Source of the DNA: Rhodothermales bacterium
GTDB lineage: Bacteria; Bacteroidota; Rhodothermia; Rhodothermales; JAHQVL01
DNA length: 64,000 nt
Direction of reading: 5' to 3'
Assembly: GCA_965263205.1 (NCBI GenBank)
Contig: CBDHHF010000014.1
Span: 251,690-315,689, forward strand
In this document: one piece after another, positions 50,039 to 59,954 of the stretch
How positions within the stretch are numbered: the first letter of the stretch is position 1
Layout of the letters: each line of letters opens with the position of its first letter
Position numbers and translations under genes: made by a program
The notes under the pieces: model-generated
The model's database searches: none
The model's input: the letters and a program-made list of their open reading frames with translations, nothing else
What the model was told of the DNA's origin: nothing

Positions 50039-52927
50039 ATGCCCCTCAACATCAGATCATATACCTGTTGCCTGATCGGCCTGCTTACCATCTTTTTTGT
50101 CCTGGTACCCCAGCACGCAAGGAGCCAAACGCAGGTTATCGATTTTGAGCAATATGCCACGGGCGAGATCTTAACCTATGTTGCCGGCTCGGAAGGCTAC
50201 GGCGGCATTGAGGTAACGGCCCTGCACCCCTCCTGCCCAACACGAAACGCAGCCATCATTTTTGATTCGTCTTGCCCTGGTGGTTGCTCCGGTGGCGACG
50301 ACGACCTCGGCACCCCGAACGCATCGTTTGGTGGACCGGGTGAAGGGGATGGCGGTGCAGCCGGCAGCGCACATGAGAACAACACAGCGCTTGGCAACTT
50401 GCTCGTAGTGCACCAGTTTTGCAGCGACCTGACCAGCAGCCCGGTTGCTGACCCAAGAGATTTTGGCGGCAACACAACAGTTACCTTTACCTTCCCAACC
50501 GACGTTACGATCGTCGAACTCACAACCCTGGATGTAGAAGGTGCAGAAACCCTTCAAGTGGACTTTTACGACGAAACAGGTACTGCAGTAGGTTTTGCAA
50601 ATCCGGTTGTTACAGGCGATAACGGCAAAGCCGTGTTGCCGGCCATGCCCCTGGGTGGTAATCTTACGGTCTCCGGTGTGCGCACCATGACGGTGGTGCG
50701 CGAAGGCTCCGGCGCGCTGGATAACATCGTCTTTGCGCCCGATGCGGTTGCCGACCTGGAAATCACCAAGTCTGTCGACAACGCCGCACCCGATAGCGGT
50801 GCAACGGTCACGTTTACACTCGACCTCGTCAACCAGGGACCAGACGAAGCAACCCAGGTAACCATCGATGACCGCGTGCCAATTGGACTCAGCTACGTAG
50901 CACACAGCTGTGATGCTGGTATTTCAAATTTGGAAGTAAGCAGTTTTGTCAATGGTGCAGGGGAAACCCAACAGCTGGTTCGGGCTACCGTTGATGCCAT
51001 TGCAGCGGGAGCTTCCGCATCCTGTACGGTAGATGCATCTGTGGACACAGGGGTTGCGGTAGAGAATGTCGTCGAAATCATGACCAGCGATGCGTACGAC
51101 CCGGACTCTACGCCGGGCAATAACGTACCTGATGAAGACGACCAGGATACTGCGGCTGTTACCCCCGGCGAAAGCTCAGGCGGCGGTGATGGGGGTATTG
51201 AAAGTGAAGGCACGATGGCTACGCAGCTTGCACGTCGGCTCTTCAATCGCCGCATTGACGCCCAGCAACGCGCTTCGCTGCTCCAGGCACCTACACCACA
51301 ATTATTTACCCCTACGGCAGAAAATGCTGTACGCCTGGCAAAAGCCGGCAGTGGCCTTGATGACCTCCGTAGTGCTATCCCAGCTGAAGGTCCGCATACA
51401 ACGCTAGCTTACGAGGTATCGCCACGCGACTTGCTCGGCATCACAAACGCCACGGGTGTCCTGGCGGTCGACTATCTGCAAGTTGACGGACGCCGGCTCG
51501 GTGCAATTTTCAGTACAGCATCGCCTACCGGCGAGTTGTACGACCACACAAAGGTCTCATGCGACCGCCTCGGTGGTGGCAAACTGGAAGACGTCCGGAT
51601 TGTGTCTATCAATGACCACAACTTCGTACTCTCCAAGTTGCGTCACAGTACGGGTGCTATCGACTATGCCATTAGTTTTGTTGCCTACCGCTCGGGCAAC
51701 ACCTACACGATTGATAGCCGCTTCTCGCCCGATGAATACGAAGTACCAGCCGGCAGCGAAGTGATTAACATTCAGGTGTGGGGTGTTTCGCCGATGTTCA
51801 CTGCCGGCGTAGTAGCAGATCTCCTCAATTCGCTGGCGCAAAACGCACCCCTGGTCTACCAGAACAGCGCAGTCAGCGCACCACAAGTCTTTGTTGCTGA
51901 TGGTTCGTATTCACAGGGGGCGATCAACTTACGCCTCGTAAATCGGGCCGGCGCAACACAAGTGACGATCCGCGGTACGCTATCTGCTACCGAAGCAGAC
52001 GCAGCACAAAACATTAGAACACCTTTCGAGCAGACCATCGACCTGAACAAACCATCAGCGGATTTCCCTTATGCCGAGATCTCGCTTGATGTTGGCTCTA
52101 TCTTTGACGCTATTCTTACGGTGGAGCACAAGGCCTCAAACAGTCTGGACCAACTCTACCATGCTGACGGCACCTGGAGCTACGCGACGGGTGAGGAATC
52201 TTCTGTTGATGACTTCTTCACGACCTCACACCATCAACTGTATGGTTTTGACCGGTATGTCGTAGAGCGCTCAGGTACCATCCGGGGCCAGGTCAAAAAC
52301 TGGGTGAGCTTGTTCAGATACCTCCAGCCAAATGGCCAGGGCGTCGATCTCTCGGCTTACAGCTACCTTTCCTTTACAGCATCAGGCACCGGAAGCGTTC
52401 GGCTCATCGCGGAGAAATCAAGCATCAAAACGTGGGACCAATATGGTTTTACGTTTGAGCTCACCGAAACGCCCAAGCGCCATAGCATCAGTTTTAGTGA
52501 AATGCGTAAAGAAGGCGCGTATGACGGACCGTTCAAAGCCGACGACATCACGCTGCTTGCCTTCTACGCGCTGGGTGATGGACAAACAGCGCAACCGTTC
52601 ACGATGGACATCCAGAACATCACATTTGGCGGTGCGCAGCGTGAAGCCGGCGATGAGTTACCGGCGCTCTATACGCTCGCGCAAAACTTCCCCAACCCAT
52701 TTAATCCGGTCACGCAAATCAGTTACGGCTTGCTGGAATCCATGCGGGTGCGGCTTGCGGTATACGACGTACTCGGCCGGGAGGTCGCTGTGTTGGTTGA
52801 TGGGTTGCAGGCAGCCGGTACACACGAAGTCACGTTTGAAGCCGGCGATTTACCAAGTGGCCTCTACATGTATCGCATCGAAACGGCACAGGGTAGCATC
52901 TCAAAAATGATGAGCCTGCTCAAGTAG
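50039..52927 (+). CDS. secreted DUF11-repeat protein with a T9SS C-terminal sorting domain
   Basis: Signal peptide; DUF11-like repeat (DLEITKSVDNAAPDSGATVTFTLDLVNQGPDEATQVTIDD); C-terminal Por/T9SS CTD (…FPNPFNPVTQISYGL…GLYMYRIETAQGSISKMMSLLK). Confidence 0.75.
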   Translation: MPLNIRSYTCCLIGLLTIFFVLVPQHARSQTQVIDFEQYATGEILTYVAGSEGYGGIEVTALHPSCPTRNAAIIFDSSCPGGCSGGDDDLGTPNASFGGPGEGDGGAAGSAHENNTALGNLLVVHQFCSDLTSSPVADPRDFGGNTTVTFTFPTDVTIVELTTLDVEGAETLQVDFYDETGTAVGFANPVVTGDNGKAVLPAMPLGGNLTVSGVRTMTVVREGSGALDNIVFAPDAVADLEITKSVDNAAPDSGATVTFTLDLVNQGPDEATQVTIDDRVPIGLSYVAHSCDAGISNLEVSSFVNGAGETQQLVRATVDAIAAGASASCTVDASVDTGVAVENVVEIMTSDAYDPDSTPGNNVPDEDDQDTAAVTPGESSGGGDGGIESEGTMATQLARRLFNRRIDAQQRASLLQAPTPQLFTPTAENAVRLAKAGSGLDDLRSAIPAEGPHTTLAYEVSPRDLLGITNATGVLAVDYLQVDGRRLGAIFSTASPTGELYDHTKVSCDRLGGGKLEDVRIVSINDHNFVLSKLRHSTGAIDYAISFVAYRSGNTYTIDSRFSPDEYEVPAGSEVINIQVWGVSPMFTAGVVADLLNSLAQNAPLVYQNSAVSAPQVFVADGSYSQGAINLRLVNRAGATQVTIRGTLSATEADAAQNIRTPFEQTIDLNKPSADFPYAEISLDVGSIFDAILTVEHKASNSLDQLYHADGTWSYATGEESSVDDFFTTSHHQLYGFDRYVVERSGTIRGQVKNWVSLFRYLQPNGQGVDLSAYSYLSFTASGTGSVRLIAEKSSIKTWDQYGFTFELTETPKRHSISFSEMRKEGAYDGPFKADDITLLAFYALGDGQTAQPFTMDIQNITFGGAQREAGDELPALYTLAQNFPNPFNPVTQISYGLLESMRVRLAVYDVLGREVAVLVDGLQAAGTHEVTFEAGDLPSGLYMYRIETAQGSISKMMSLLK

Positions 52928-52929
52928 CG

Positions 52930-54114
52930 CTACACTACGGGTAATGGGACAAACGTTGCAGCGCCCGTCGGAATGGTCTTCGTTCCTTCGGGCATTGCTA
53001 TTTCAGGCAGCGCATACGTTGTTTCTTCGCCTTCCGGTATCGGGTTTGGCTCGGCCCAAAGCGGCCCCTGGTATGAGCGCATGACAACGTGATCGCCCGT
53101 TCTCCCGAGAATATAAGAGCCATCCAGCGGCACCTTCCCGTAAGGCGTATCCAGCACATAGCGAGGAATCGCAAAGCCGGTTAGCCGGCCCTGAAGCGCG
53201 TGCATGATCTCCAATCCCTTTTCAATGGACGTACGAAAAGCAGCGGTCCCCCCGATGAGTTGTGCCTGGTACAGGTAATACGGTCGTATACGCATCTGCA
53301 CAAGTCCTTCCAATAACTGCTGCATCGTCTCCGCATCATCGTTTATGCCGCGGAGCAATACGGTTTGATTCCCAACAGGCACGCCCGCGCGAAGCAGTCT
53401 ATCGATGGCTGTGGCGGCTGCCGGCGTGAGTTCTTTGGGGTGGTTAAAATGGGTGTTCACCCAGATCGGGTGATACTTCTCGAGCATCTCGCATAATGCA
53501 TCGGTTATGCGATAAGGCAAGGTTACAGGCAACCTGGAGCCTATCCGAATGACGCCCACATGGGGTATGGCACGCAACCTGGAAATAATCCACTCCAGGT
53601 TTTTCTCATTGAAGGTAAGCGGATCTCCTCCAGTCAGGAGTACATCTTTAATTTCAGGATGGGCGGCAATGTAATCGATGGCATCCTGCAGTTCGGATTT
53701 GTTCATGAACTGCTCCGCATCCCCCACCATCCGCTTGCGCAAACAGTAGCGGCAGTAAATGGCGCACTCTGCGGTCACGCAAAAGGCAACCCGGTCGGTA
53801 TAGTTGTGGATCAAGTTTTTGACAGGAGAGTGCGCCACTTCCTCGAGAGGATCTACAACACCCACAATATCGGGCTGCATTTCTGACATGCGAGGCACAA
53901 CTTGCCGGCGTACAGGGCATGTGGTGTCATCGGGATCCATCAAAGACGCATAGTACGGCGTGATATTCCAGCGGAAGATACCTTGCGTTGCATCAATGGC
54001 AGCAATCTCATCCGCAATCGGATTTATGTATTGCGTAAGGCGCTCCAGGTTATGCACCCGATTGCGCATTTGCCACATCCACTTTTCCCAATCGGGATTG
54101 TTATTTATCTCCAT
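52930..54114 (-). CDS. KamA-family radical SAM aminomutase (lysine 2,3-aminomutase-like)
   Basis: CAIYCRYCLRKR (CxxxCxxC) radical-SAM cluster motif in a KamA-like context, GGDPL SAM motif, 394 aa. It is second gene in an operon with the ATP-grasp gene. Confidence 0.8.
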   Translation of the reverse strand: MEINNNPDWEKWMWQMRNRVHNLERLTQYINPIADEIAAIDATQGIFRWNITPYYASLMDPDDTTCPVRRQVVPRMSEMQPDIVGVVDPLEEVAHSPVKNLIHNYTDRVAFCVTAECAIYCRYCLRKRMVGDAEQFMNKSELQDAIDYIAAHPEIKDVLLTGGDPLTFNEKNLEWIISRLRAIPHVGVIRIGSRLPVTLPYRITDALCEMLEKYHPIWVNTHFNHPKELTPAAATAIDRLLRAGVPVGNQTVLLRGINDDAETMQQLLEGLVQMRIRPYYLYQAQLIGGTAAFRTSIEKGLEIMHALQGRLTGFAIPRYVLDTPYGKVPLDGSYILGRTGDHVVMRSYQGPLWAEPNPIPEGEETTYALPEIAMPEGTKTIPTGAATFVPLPVV

Positions 54115-54135
54115 GTCTTTATCAACCTGTCTATT

Positions 54136-55146
54136 TCAACCACTTACATCCCGCTTATTGGCTTCTATTCGCTCTAATCCCCGACCAAGCACATCGGCAA
54201 GAAAGGTGGGATAGGTTTGTCCCATCAATTCAGCAAGGATAGCAAATGTGCCATCTGGTGCAAACGTTGGCAACGGATTGATCTCTAAAAACCAGGGATC
54301 GCCGGCGGCGTCGACGCGAAAGTCTAATCGGGCGAAGTCTTTACATTCAAGTTTTTCGTAGACAGCACGTGCATCACGCTGGAGCCGTGCTTCGAGTTCG
54401 GGGTCCAGTGCCCCACCAAGCTTGTACGCTAACTCCGGGTTTTTAAATCCACGCCGGTCGAGGGCATGTAAGCCAATTTCAGTTTCAACCTCTACGGCAC
54501 GTTGCAGCGCCGGCAATACTTCGGGTGGATCATTGCCGATGACAGCCACGGTAAATTCTCCACCACCCGCTACAAACGCCTCCACAAGCACGTCTTGCTT
54601 ATACGCTAAACCAGTTGCGTTTACCTGCGCTCGCAACGCATCAAGCGAGTTCACCTTACTGGCAGCCGTAATGCCTTTTGATGAGCCTTCATAGCGCGGC
54701 TTAACAAAGAGTGGGAACGGCGCCGGCGCTTCTGCTATCTTGTCGGCATCTTCAGCAGCATACACGGCGTAGGCCGGTGTGCGGACGCCGGCAGCCAGCG
54801 CCAAGTCTTTGGTCCAGGCTTTGTCGAGACTAAGCGACAAGGTGAGTGCATCGGATCCAAGAAACGGAACACCTGCTAACTCCAACAATATAGGAGCGTA
54901 CGCTTCTCGGTTCCTGCTGTGTACATCTTCTGCAATATTCACAGCCGCATCGACTCTAAGATGAGGCAATTGTGCAAGCAGTTCTCTTGCTGTACCGATA
55001 CGCACCGGTTCATGGCCAAGCGTTTCCAGGGCAGCAGCAATTGCGTCAACCGTTGCCATGGGTTCAAACTCGGCATCCGCATCAACCGGATCGTTGGATT
55101 GCCATGGATAAGACGAAAATACGTCGTAAACGATACCTATCTGCAT
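54136..55146 (-). CDS. ATP-grasp ligase, D-alanine--D-alanine-ligase-like
   Basis: 336 aa with the Ddl-like layout: an N-terminal pre-ATP-grasp region, a central …LFVKPRYEGSSKGI… region and C-terminal …FARLDFRVDAAGDPWFLEINPLP. It lies 21 bp upstream of kamA on the same strand. Confidence 0.7.
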   Translation of the reverse strand: MQIGIVYDVFSSYPWQSNDPVDADAEFEPMATVDAIAAALETLGHEPVRIGTARELLAQLPHLRVDAAVNIAEDVHSRNREAYAPILLELAGVPFLGSDALTLSLSLDKAWTKDLALAAGVRTPAYAVYAAEDADKIAEAPAPFPLFVKPRYEGSSKGITAASKVNSLDALRAQVNATGLAYKQDVLVEAFVAGGGEFTVAVIGNDPPEVLPALQRAVEVETEIGLHALDRRGFKNPELAYKLGGALDPELEARLQRDARAVYEKLECKDFARLDFRVDAAGDPWFLEINPLPTFAPDGTFAILAELMGQTYPTFLADVLGRGLERIEANKRDVSG

Positions 55147-55337
55147 GAGTCAGGGCACTTGAGAGGTCTGCAAAGATATGCGCTAAACTACTATTGCGCC
55201 CTTTATGGTTCATGATTATCCTGTATAGTACCAATTCCTCTTAGCACGCGGGAGCTTTCCCGCCCGGCAACTTCAACACAATGCCGCGCTCCAGGCAGCC
55301 ACGTGCCCCTCTCTTTAGAGGTTAAAAACCAGAGCTG

Positions 55338-58300
55338 ATGTCACTAGCTTTTATGTTTACCAGCCTTCTCCTGCGCTTGATCGCACTTCTGAAGGCCATG
55401 CAGATGTTACGCAACACCAAAGATTGGCGCCTGATCACCTTGACGGCAATCATCCTGTTCACCGTGGTCAATATTTTTATTGATCGCGGATTCACCATCG
55501 CAAGTTATCAGCAAATCCCTCTCGGTTTTAGCGTTTCCAGTTTTCTCTATGGCGTTGCGTTGCTGGTTGCTGTTAATCTCCATCAACATTCATTAAAAGC
55601 TTACCGTCAGCAACAGCAGGCTATATCGGATCACGTAAATCTATTCGAGCAATTTGCCTACTCTGCACCGCTTGCATGTTTCATTTTTCAGGATAATAAA
55701 ATTGTCTTTGCCAACCACGCAGCAACGAGCCTGACCGGTTATACGCACCAGGAGTTGCTCGCTATAGCACCACGCACCCTGGCAAGTGCTGGTTCGCAAG
55801 ATCTGTTACTCAACATCGATTCAACCGGCGACGAAATCACGTCGTTTGAAGTGAGCCTGGAGTTAACGCACAAAGCCGGCGACGCACGCTGGGGACTTGC
55901 GACGTTTGGTTCAGCGGCCTACAACGGCAAGCCGGCGATTGTTGGCACCATACTGGATGTCACGAAACAGAAAACAGCCGAGCAGGAAATCCAGCAGGCT
56001 GAAGAACGCATCCGTATCGCCACCAAAGCCTCCAACACGGTTGTCTGGGATGTTGATCTTATTACGAACACCTCTTCGCTGGTTGTGCCTGAAAGCCTCC
56101 AACAGGAATACGAATTTATAGAAGGCATCAATCGAGAACAGATTGCGCGGTGCATATATGAGCACGATCTGCCAGGTATGCAAGCAACGATAGAGGAAAG
56201 CTACGACTCGAAAAAAGGCTTCAACATTGAGTACAGGCGATACACCAGATCCGGAGAGCTTCGCTGGTGGTATTTGCAGGGTAAAGCCCAGTTCGATGAA
56301 ACAGGCAAACCTGTACGTCTGTCTGGCACCAGCCGCTGTATTCACGAGCGAAAGGTCGCTGAAGAAGCGTTACAGGAAAACGAGGCGCGCCTGCGCATTG
56401 CCAATGAAATTGCCGGCATTCAGGTATGGGAGTGGGAAATCGGAGCCGAAGCGGTCAATCACTCAGAAAACATCCATGACACGGCATGCAGCCAGGTCAC
56501 AGGGTATTCAGACTTTATCGCCCGTCTCCACCCCGACCATAAAGACCGGGTGATCAACAGCATCACCAATGCGATCACCAATGGCGTTCGTTATGAGGAG
56601 GAGTTTATGATGCGCGACAATCAGGGTGAATATTTCTGGCAACTGTCTGTAGGCCAGATCATGTATGACGAGAACGGTAACCCCAGCCAGATGATTGGCG
56701 CAGCCCTGGATACCACCGAGCGACGGCACAAAGAAGACTTAATCCGTTTTCAGGCGAATTTGCTAGATAAAATTGGGCAGAACATTGTCGCCCAGAATAA
56801 ATTTGGAGAACTAACGTATCTGAATAAGGCTGCGCAAAAAGCATTTGGCATCGACCATGCTGATGGTGACAAGATAGACATCTCCAATTTGTTGCCCGAC
56901 AATAAACGCATCAAAGGACATCCAGGCGTAATCGCTACGTTGCAAAAAGGGAAACAGTGGATCGGTGAGATGACCGCACACACCCTGTACGGAACCTCCT
57001 TCCCAATCTTCATGAGCGCCTCTCCGCTGTACACCAATCAGGGTGACTACGACGGCTTTGTCGCGATTTCTACAGACATGAGCGCTTACAAGGAAATCCA
57101 GGAAGCATTGGAAGTGAGTGAAGAGCGGCTGCGACTTGCGCTGGATGCCGCGAGTCTGGTTGTGTGGGACGTGGATTTGACAACTGGCGACGTTATCCAC
57201 AATATCCCAACCTCCATCGATAGTGTTGAAGCGAAGAAATTCAATTCGATGCAGTCAATTATGCAAAGCTTTCACCCAAAAGATCAGGAGAAAGCATCAT
57301 TCCAGATCATGCAATGCATCGAGAAAAACAAACCCCTGTATATCGAACATCGCTTCATCGATGAAACAGGCGCATTCGACTGGTGGCAAACAAGCGGCAA
57401 ATTGTACAACGATCCAGCCGGCAATCCTACGCGCATGATTGGTACATCACAAATGATTACCATCAGAAAAGAAGCCGAATTACAACTGCAGCAACGCATG
57501 AACCAGTTGCAAGCCATTTACAATATCGCTGATGCAGTAAACAAAGGGGAAAGCCTCGATTCGATTTACCTGACCGCTGCTGACGGCACCAAGAAAGCTA
57601 TCGGTGCCAACAGGATTGCCGTTATCGTCTTCGATCCGCAAACGGAAACACCAGCATTTGTTTTCCACGATGGTTTGTCTGAATCCTTCAGAGAAGCCAT
57701 GATCGCCAAATGCCCATGGCATGGCACCGAAAAAGACCGTATGGCAATTTGCGCCAACAAAAGCGAATTCAACATCACCCTGGGGCCACTTGCTGAAGAT
57801 GCAGCAAAAGAGGGCATTACCAGTCTGGGCACCTTCCCATTGATCCACAAGGACACCCTGATCGGGAAATTCACTGTGTTTTTCGATGAAGCACCCGAAA
57901 TGCTGGCCGGCGACAAGCAGTTTGTCGCTCGTATTGCCAATCATATCACACTGGCCATTGTAAAAAACAGAAATGAAGTCAATCTGAAGGCACGCTCCAT
58001 CGAGCTCCAAACCATAGCGGATACGATCCCAGACGCTATCTTCCGCATTGGTGCTGACCTGAAAATGAAATTCGCCAACAAAACGGTGCTCGAGTCGTCC
58101 AAAATGACGATGGATGAGTTCACGCAGTTGGATGCCTATTCGTTTGGCTGCCCGCCAGACCTTAACAAAGAATGGATCTCTACCATTCAAAAAGTGATCA
58201 AAGAGAAGCGGGCTTATGAGCTGGATTTCCAGCAGGAAGACCCGGGCGGCAGCATGAAGCATTTCCAGGCGTTAATTGCTCCTGAGTCTACCAAAGAAGA

Positions 58301-58994
58301 AGTTGGATCTGCGCTTGCGGTTATTCGCGATATTACCGAAGAGCGGCAACTACAGCAGACAATCATTGATATCAGTGCGCGACAGCAACGCAGCATTGGG
58401 CAGGACCTGCACGATGAACTTGGGCAACTCCTCACGGGTATAGGATTCAAGATTGCCGGCTTGCAGCGCGACCTGGACGAACTCAATCCGGACTGCGCTG
58501 AGCAAAACCGTGATATCAGCCAGTTGGTCGAGCAAGCGATCAGTCAGACCCGCATGTTAGCGGAGGGCCTCAATCCAGTTACACTCGAAGTGCACGGTAT
58601 TCGCGCCGGCCTGGAAAAACTTGCGTTAAATACGGAAAACACATTTGGTGTCTCCTGTCCGTTTACCTGTGATGAAGGATTTAGTATAGAGGACGAAGAA
58701 ACGGCTGTTCAATTGTACCGAATTGGGCAAGAGGCTATCAACAATGCAGTGAAACACGCCAGCCCTACGCAGATTGACGTGTCGCTTACTCAAACCAATG
58801 GCAAAGCCGAACTGGTTATCGTAGACAACGGCAAAGGATTTTCGTATCCCCTGTCAGAATCAGACGGTCATGGGCTTCGCATTATGAACTACCGGGCGCG
58901 TGTGATTGGTGCTTCATTCAGCATAAACACAAAGCCGGACCAAGGCACAACTGTGCGATGCAAATTCAACAATCATAAAATGGTTCAAAAGTAA
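55338..58994 (+). CDS. multi-sensor histidine kinase: N-terminal membrane region, several PAS/PAC domains, a GAF domain, HisKA_3 and HATPase (NarL/LuxR-partner type)
   Basis: 1218 aa with repeated PAS/PAC signatures, the HisKA_3 motif IGQDLHDELGQLLTGI, and a C-terminal ATPase (…DNGKGF…GHGLRIMNYRA). Confidence 0.85.
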   Translation: MSLAFMFTSLLLRLIALLKAMQMLRNTKDWRLITLTAIILFTVVNIFIDRGFTIASYQQIPLGFSVSSFLYGVALLVAVNLHQHSLKAYRQQQQAISDHVNLFEQFAYSAPLACFIFQDNKIVFANHAATSLTGYTHQELLAIAPRTLASAGSQDLLLNIDSTGDEITSFEVSLELTHKAGDARWGLATFGSAAYNGKPAIVGTILDVTKQKTAEQEIQQAEERIRIATKASNTVVWDVDLITNTSSLVVPESLQQEYEFIEGINREQIARCIYEHDLPGMQATIEESYDSKKGFNIEYRRYTRSGELRWWYLQGKAQFDETGKPVRLSGTSRCIHERKVAEEALQENEARLRIANEIAGIQVWEWEIGAEAVNHSENIHDTACSQVTGYSDFIARLHPDHKDRVINSITNAITNGVRYEEEFMMRDNQGEYFWQLSVGQIMYDENGNPSQMIGAALDTTERRHKEDLIRFQANLLDKIGQNIVAQNKFGELTYLNKAAQKAFGIDHADGDKIDISNLLPDNKRIKGHPGVIATLQKGKQWIGEMTAHTLYGTSFPIFMSASPLYTNQGDYDGFVAISTDMSAYKEIQEALEVSEERLRLALDAASLVVWDVDLTTGDVIHNIPTSIDSVEAKKFNSMQSIMQSFHPKDQEKASFQIMQCIEKNKPLYIEHRFIDETGAFDWWQTSGKLYNDPAGNPTRMIGTSQMITIRKEAELQLQQRMNQLQAIYNIADAVNKGESLDSIYLTAADGTKKAIGANRIAVIVFDPQTETPAFVFHDGLSESFREAMIAKCPWHGTEKDRMAICANKSEFNITLGPLAEDAAKEGITSLGTFPLIHKDTLIGKFTVFFDEAPEMLAGDKQFVARIANHITLAIVKNRNEVNLKARSIELQTIADTIPDAIFRIGADLKMKFANKTVLESSKMTMDEFTQLDAYSFGCPPDLNKEWISTIQKVIKEKRAYELDFQQEDPGGSMKHFQALIAPESTKEEVGSALAVIRDITEERQLQQTIIDISARQQRSIGQDLHDELGQLLTGIGFKIAGLQRDLDELNPDCAEQNRDISQLVEQAISQTRMLAEGLNPVTLEVHGIRAGLEKLALNTENTFGVSCPFTCDEGFSIEDEETAVQLYRIGQEAINNAVKHASPTQIDVSLTQTNGKAELVIVDNGKGFSYPLSESDGHGLRIMNYRARVIGASFSINTKPDQGTTVRCKFNNHKMVQK

Positions 58995-59082
58995 TTAACG
59001 CTAAATATAGCTAGTTTACGCTATGGACGAATCCGGCGGCTGGCTGTATCTTAATTAGTTATATTTATATCCCCAGATCGCA

Positions 59083-59739
59083 ATGGCAATTCAAATTTTT
59101 CTTATCGATGACCATCCGATCGTGCGAGAAGGCATGGAACGGATGATCGACCGGGAAGCTGACATGGAAGTTTGCGGGGAAAGTGATGGTGGCGATTCGA
59201 CGCTTGACAAACTTTTAGAAAGCAATCCAGAGGTCGTTGTATTGGACTTGTCGCTCAACCAAACGAGCGGCTTTGACCTCATTCACATCATCCAAAATCA
59301 TCTGCCCAAGGCAGCCATCATTGTGCTATCCATGCACGATGAAAACCTGTACGCTGAACGTACACTACGTGCCGGCGCATCGGGCTACATCATGAAACAA
59401 GAGGCGCCAGCCAAGGTGCTCAACGCCATTCGTAAAGTTGCAGCAGGGCACGTCTACGTGAGTGAGCAGATCTCAAAACGACTGCTTCAAGGCCTCGTAA
59501 AGCCAACCAAAGACAGTCCGGTTGCTACCCTGAGTGATCGCGAGTTTCAGGTCTTCCAATATATCGGTGAGGGCTTATCGCACCAGGAAATTGCAGACCG
59601 CCTCAACCTGAGCATCAAGACGATTGAGTCACACGTGGAGCGCATCAAGAACAAACTCGGCCTAAAAAGTGGACGTGAGTTACTGCGCCATGCGATGGAA
59701 TGGGTGATCAGAAACCAGGGCCCTGTGGGTGTTGCCTAA
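59083..59739 (+). CDS. response regulator, NarL/FixJ (LuxR HTH) family
   Basis: REC domain (…VVLDLSLNQTSGFDL…) plus LuxR-type HTH (LSDREFQVFQYIGEGLSHQEIADRLNLSIKTIESHVERIKNKLG). Confidence 0.9.
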   Translation: MAIQIFLIDDHPIVREGMERMIDREADMEVCGESDGGDSTLDKLLESNPEVVVLDLSLNQTSGFDLIHIIQNHLPKAAIIVLSMHDENLYAERTLRAGASGYIMKQEAPAKVLNAIRKVAAGHVYVSEQISKRLLQGLVKPTKDSPVATLSDREFQVFQYIGEGLSHQEIADRLNLSIKTIESHVERIKNKLGLKSGRELLRHAMEWVIRNQGPVGVA

Positions 59740-59773
59740 ACTGAGTTGCCTAAACTGAGTTGCCTAAACTGAG
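59732..59773. repeat. 14-nt tandem repeat (TTGCCTAAACTGAG)x3 spanning the response-regulator stop codon
   Basis: Three exact copies counted directly; the stop TAA sits inside copy 1. Confidence 0.9.
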
Positions 59774-59954
59774 AAGAAGCGTTGGACCAAGACGCATCTA
59801 ACGCACGAATACGCCATATGCAACCGAATCAATCTACTGGCTTGATTTGGTTGCGGGTACAAGTTGCAGATTGAAAGTTAGAGGTCCGTTTGGTTGAGAC
59901 GGCAATGCTTGGCGAGTCAGAATAACCTGCAATAAGTAACCTTCAACTTTCAGC

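Noticed and set aside
55338-58994. Many minus-strand ORFs of 60-260 aa inside the histidine-kinase gene
   Set aside because: They are shadow ORFs antisense to a continuous 1218-aa PAS/GAF/HisKA_3 protein with clear domain signatures.
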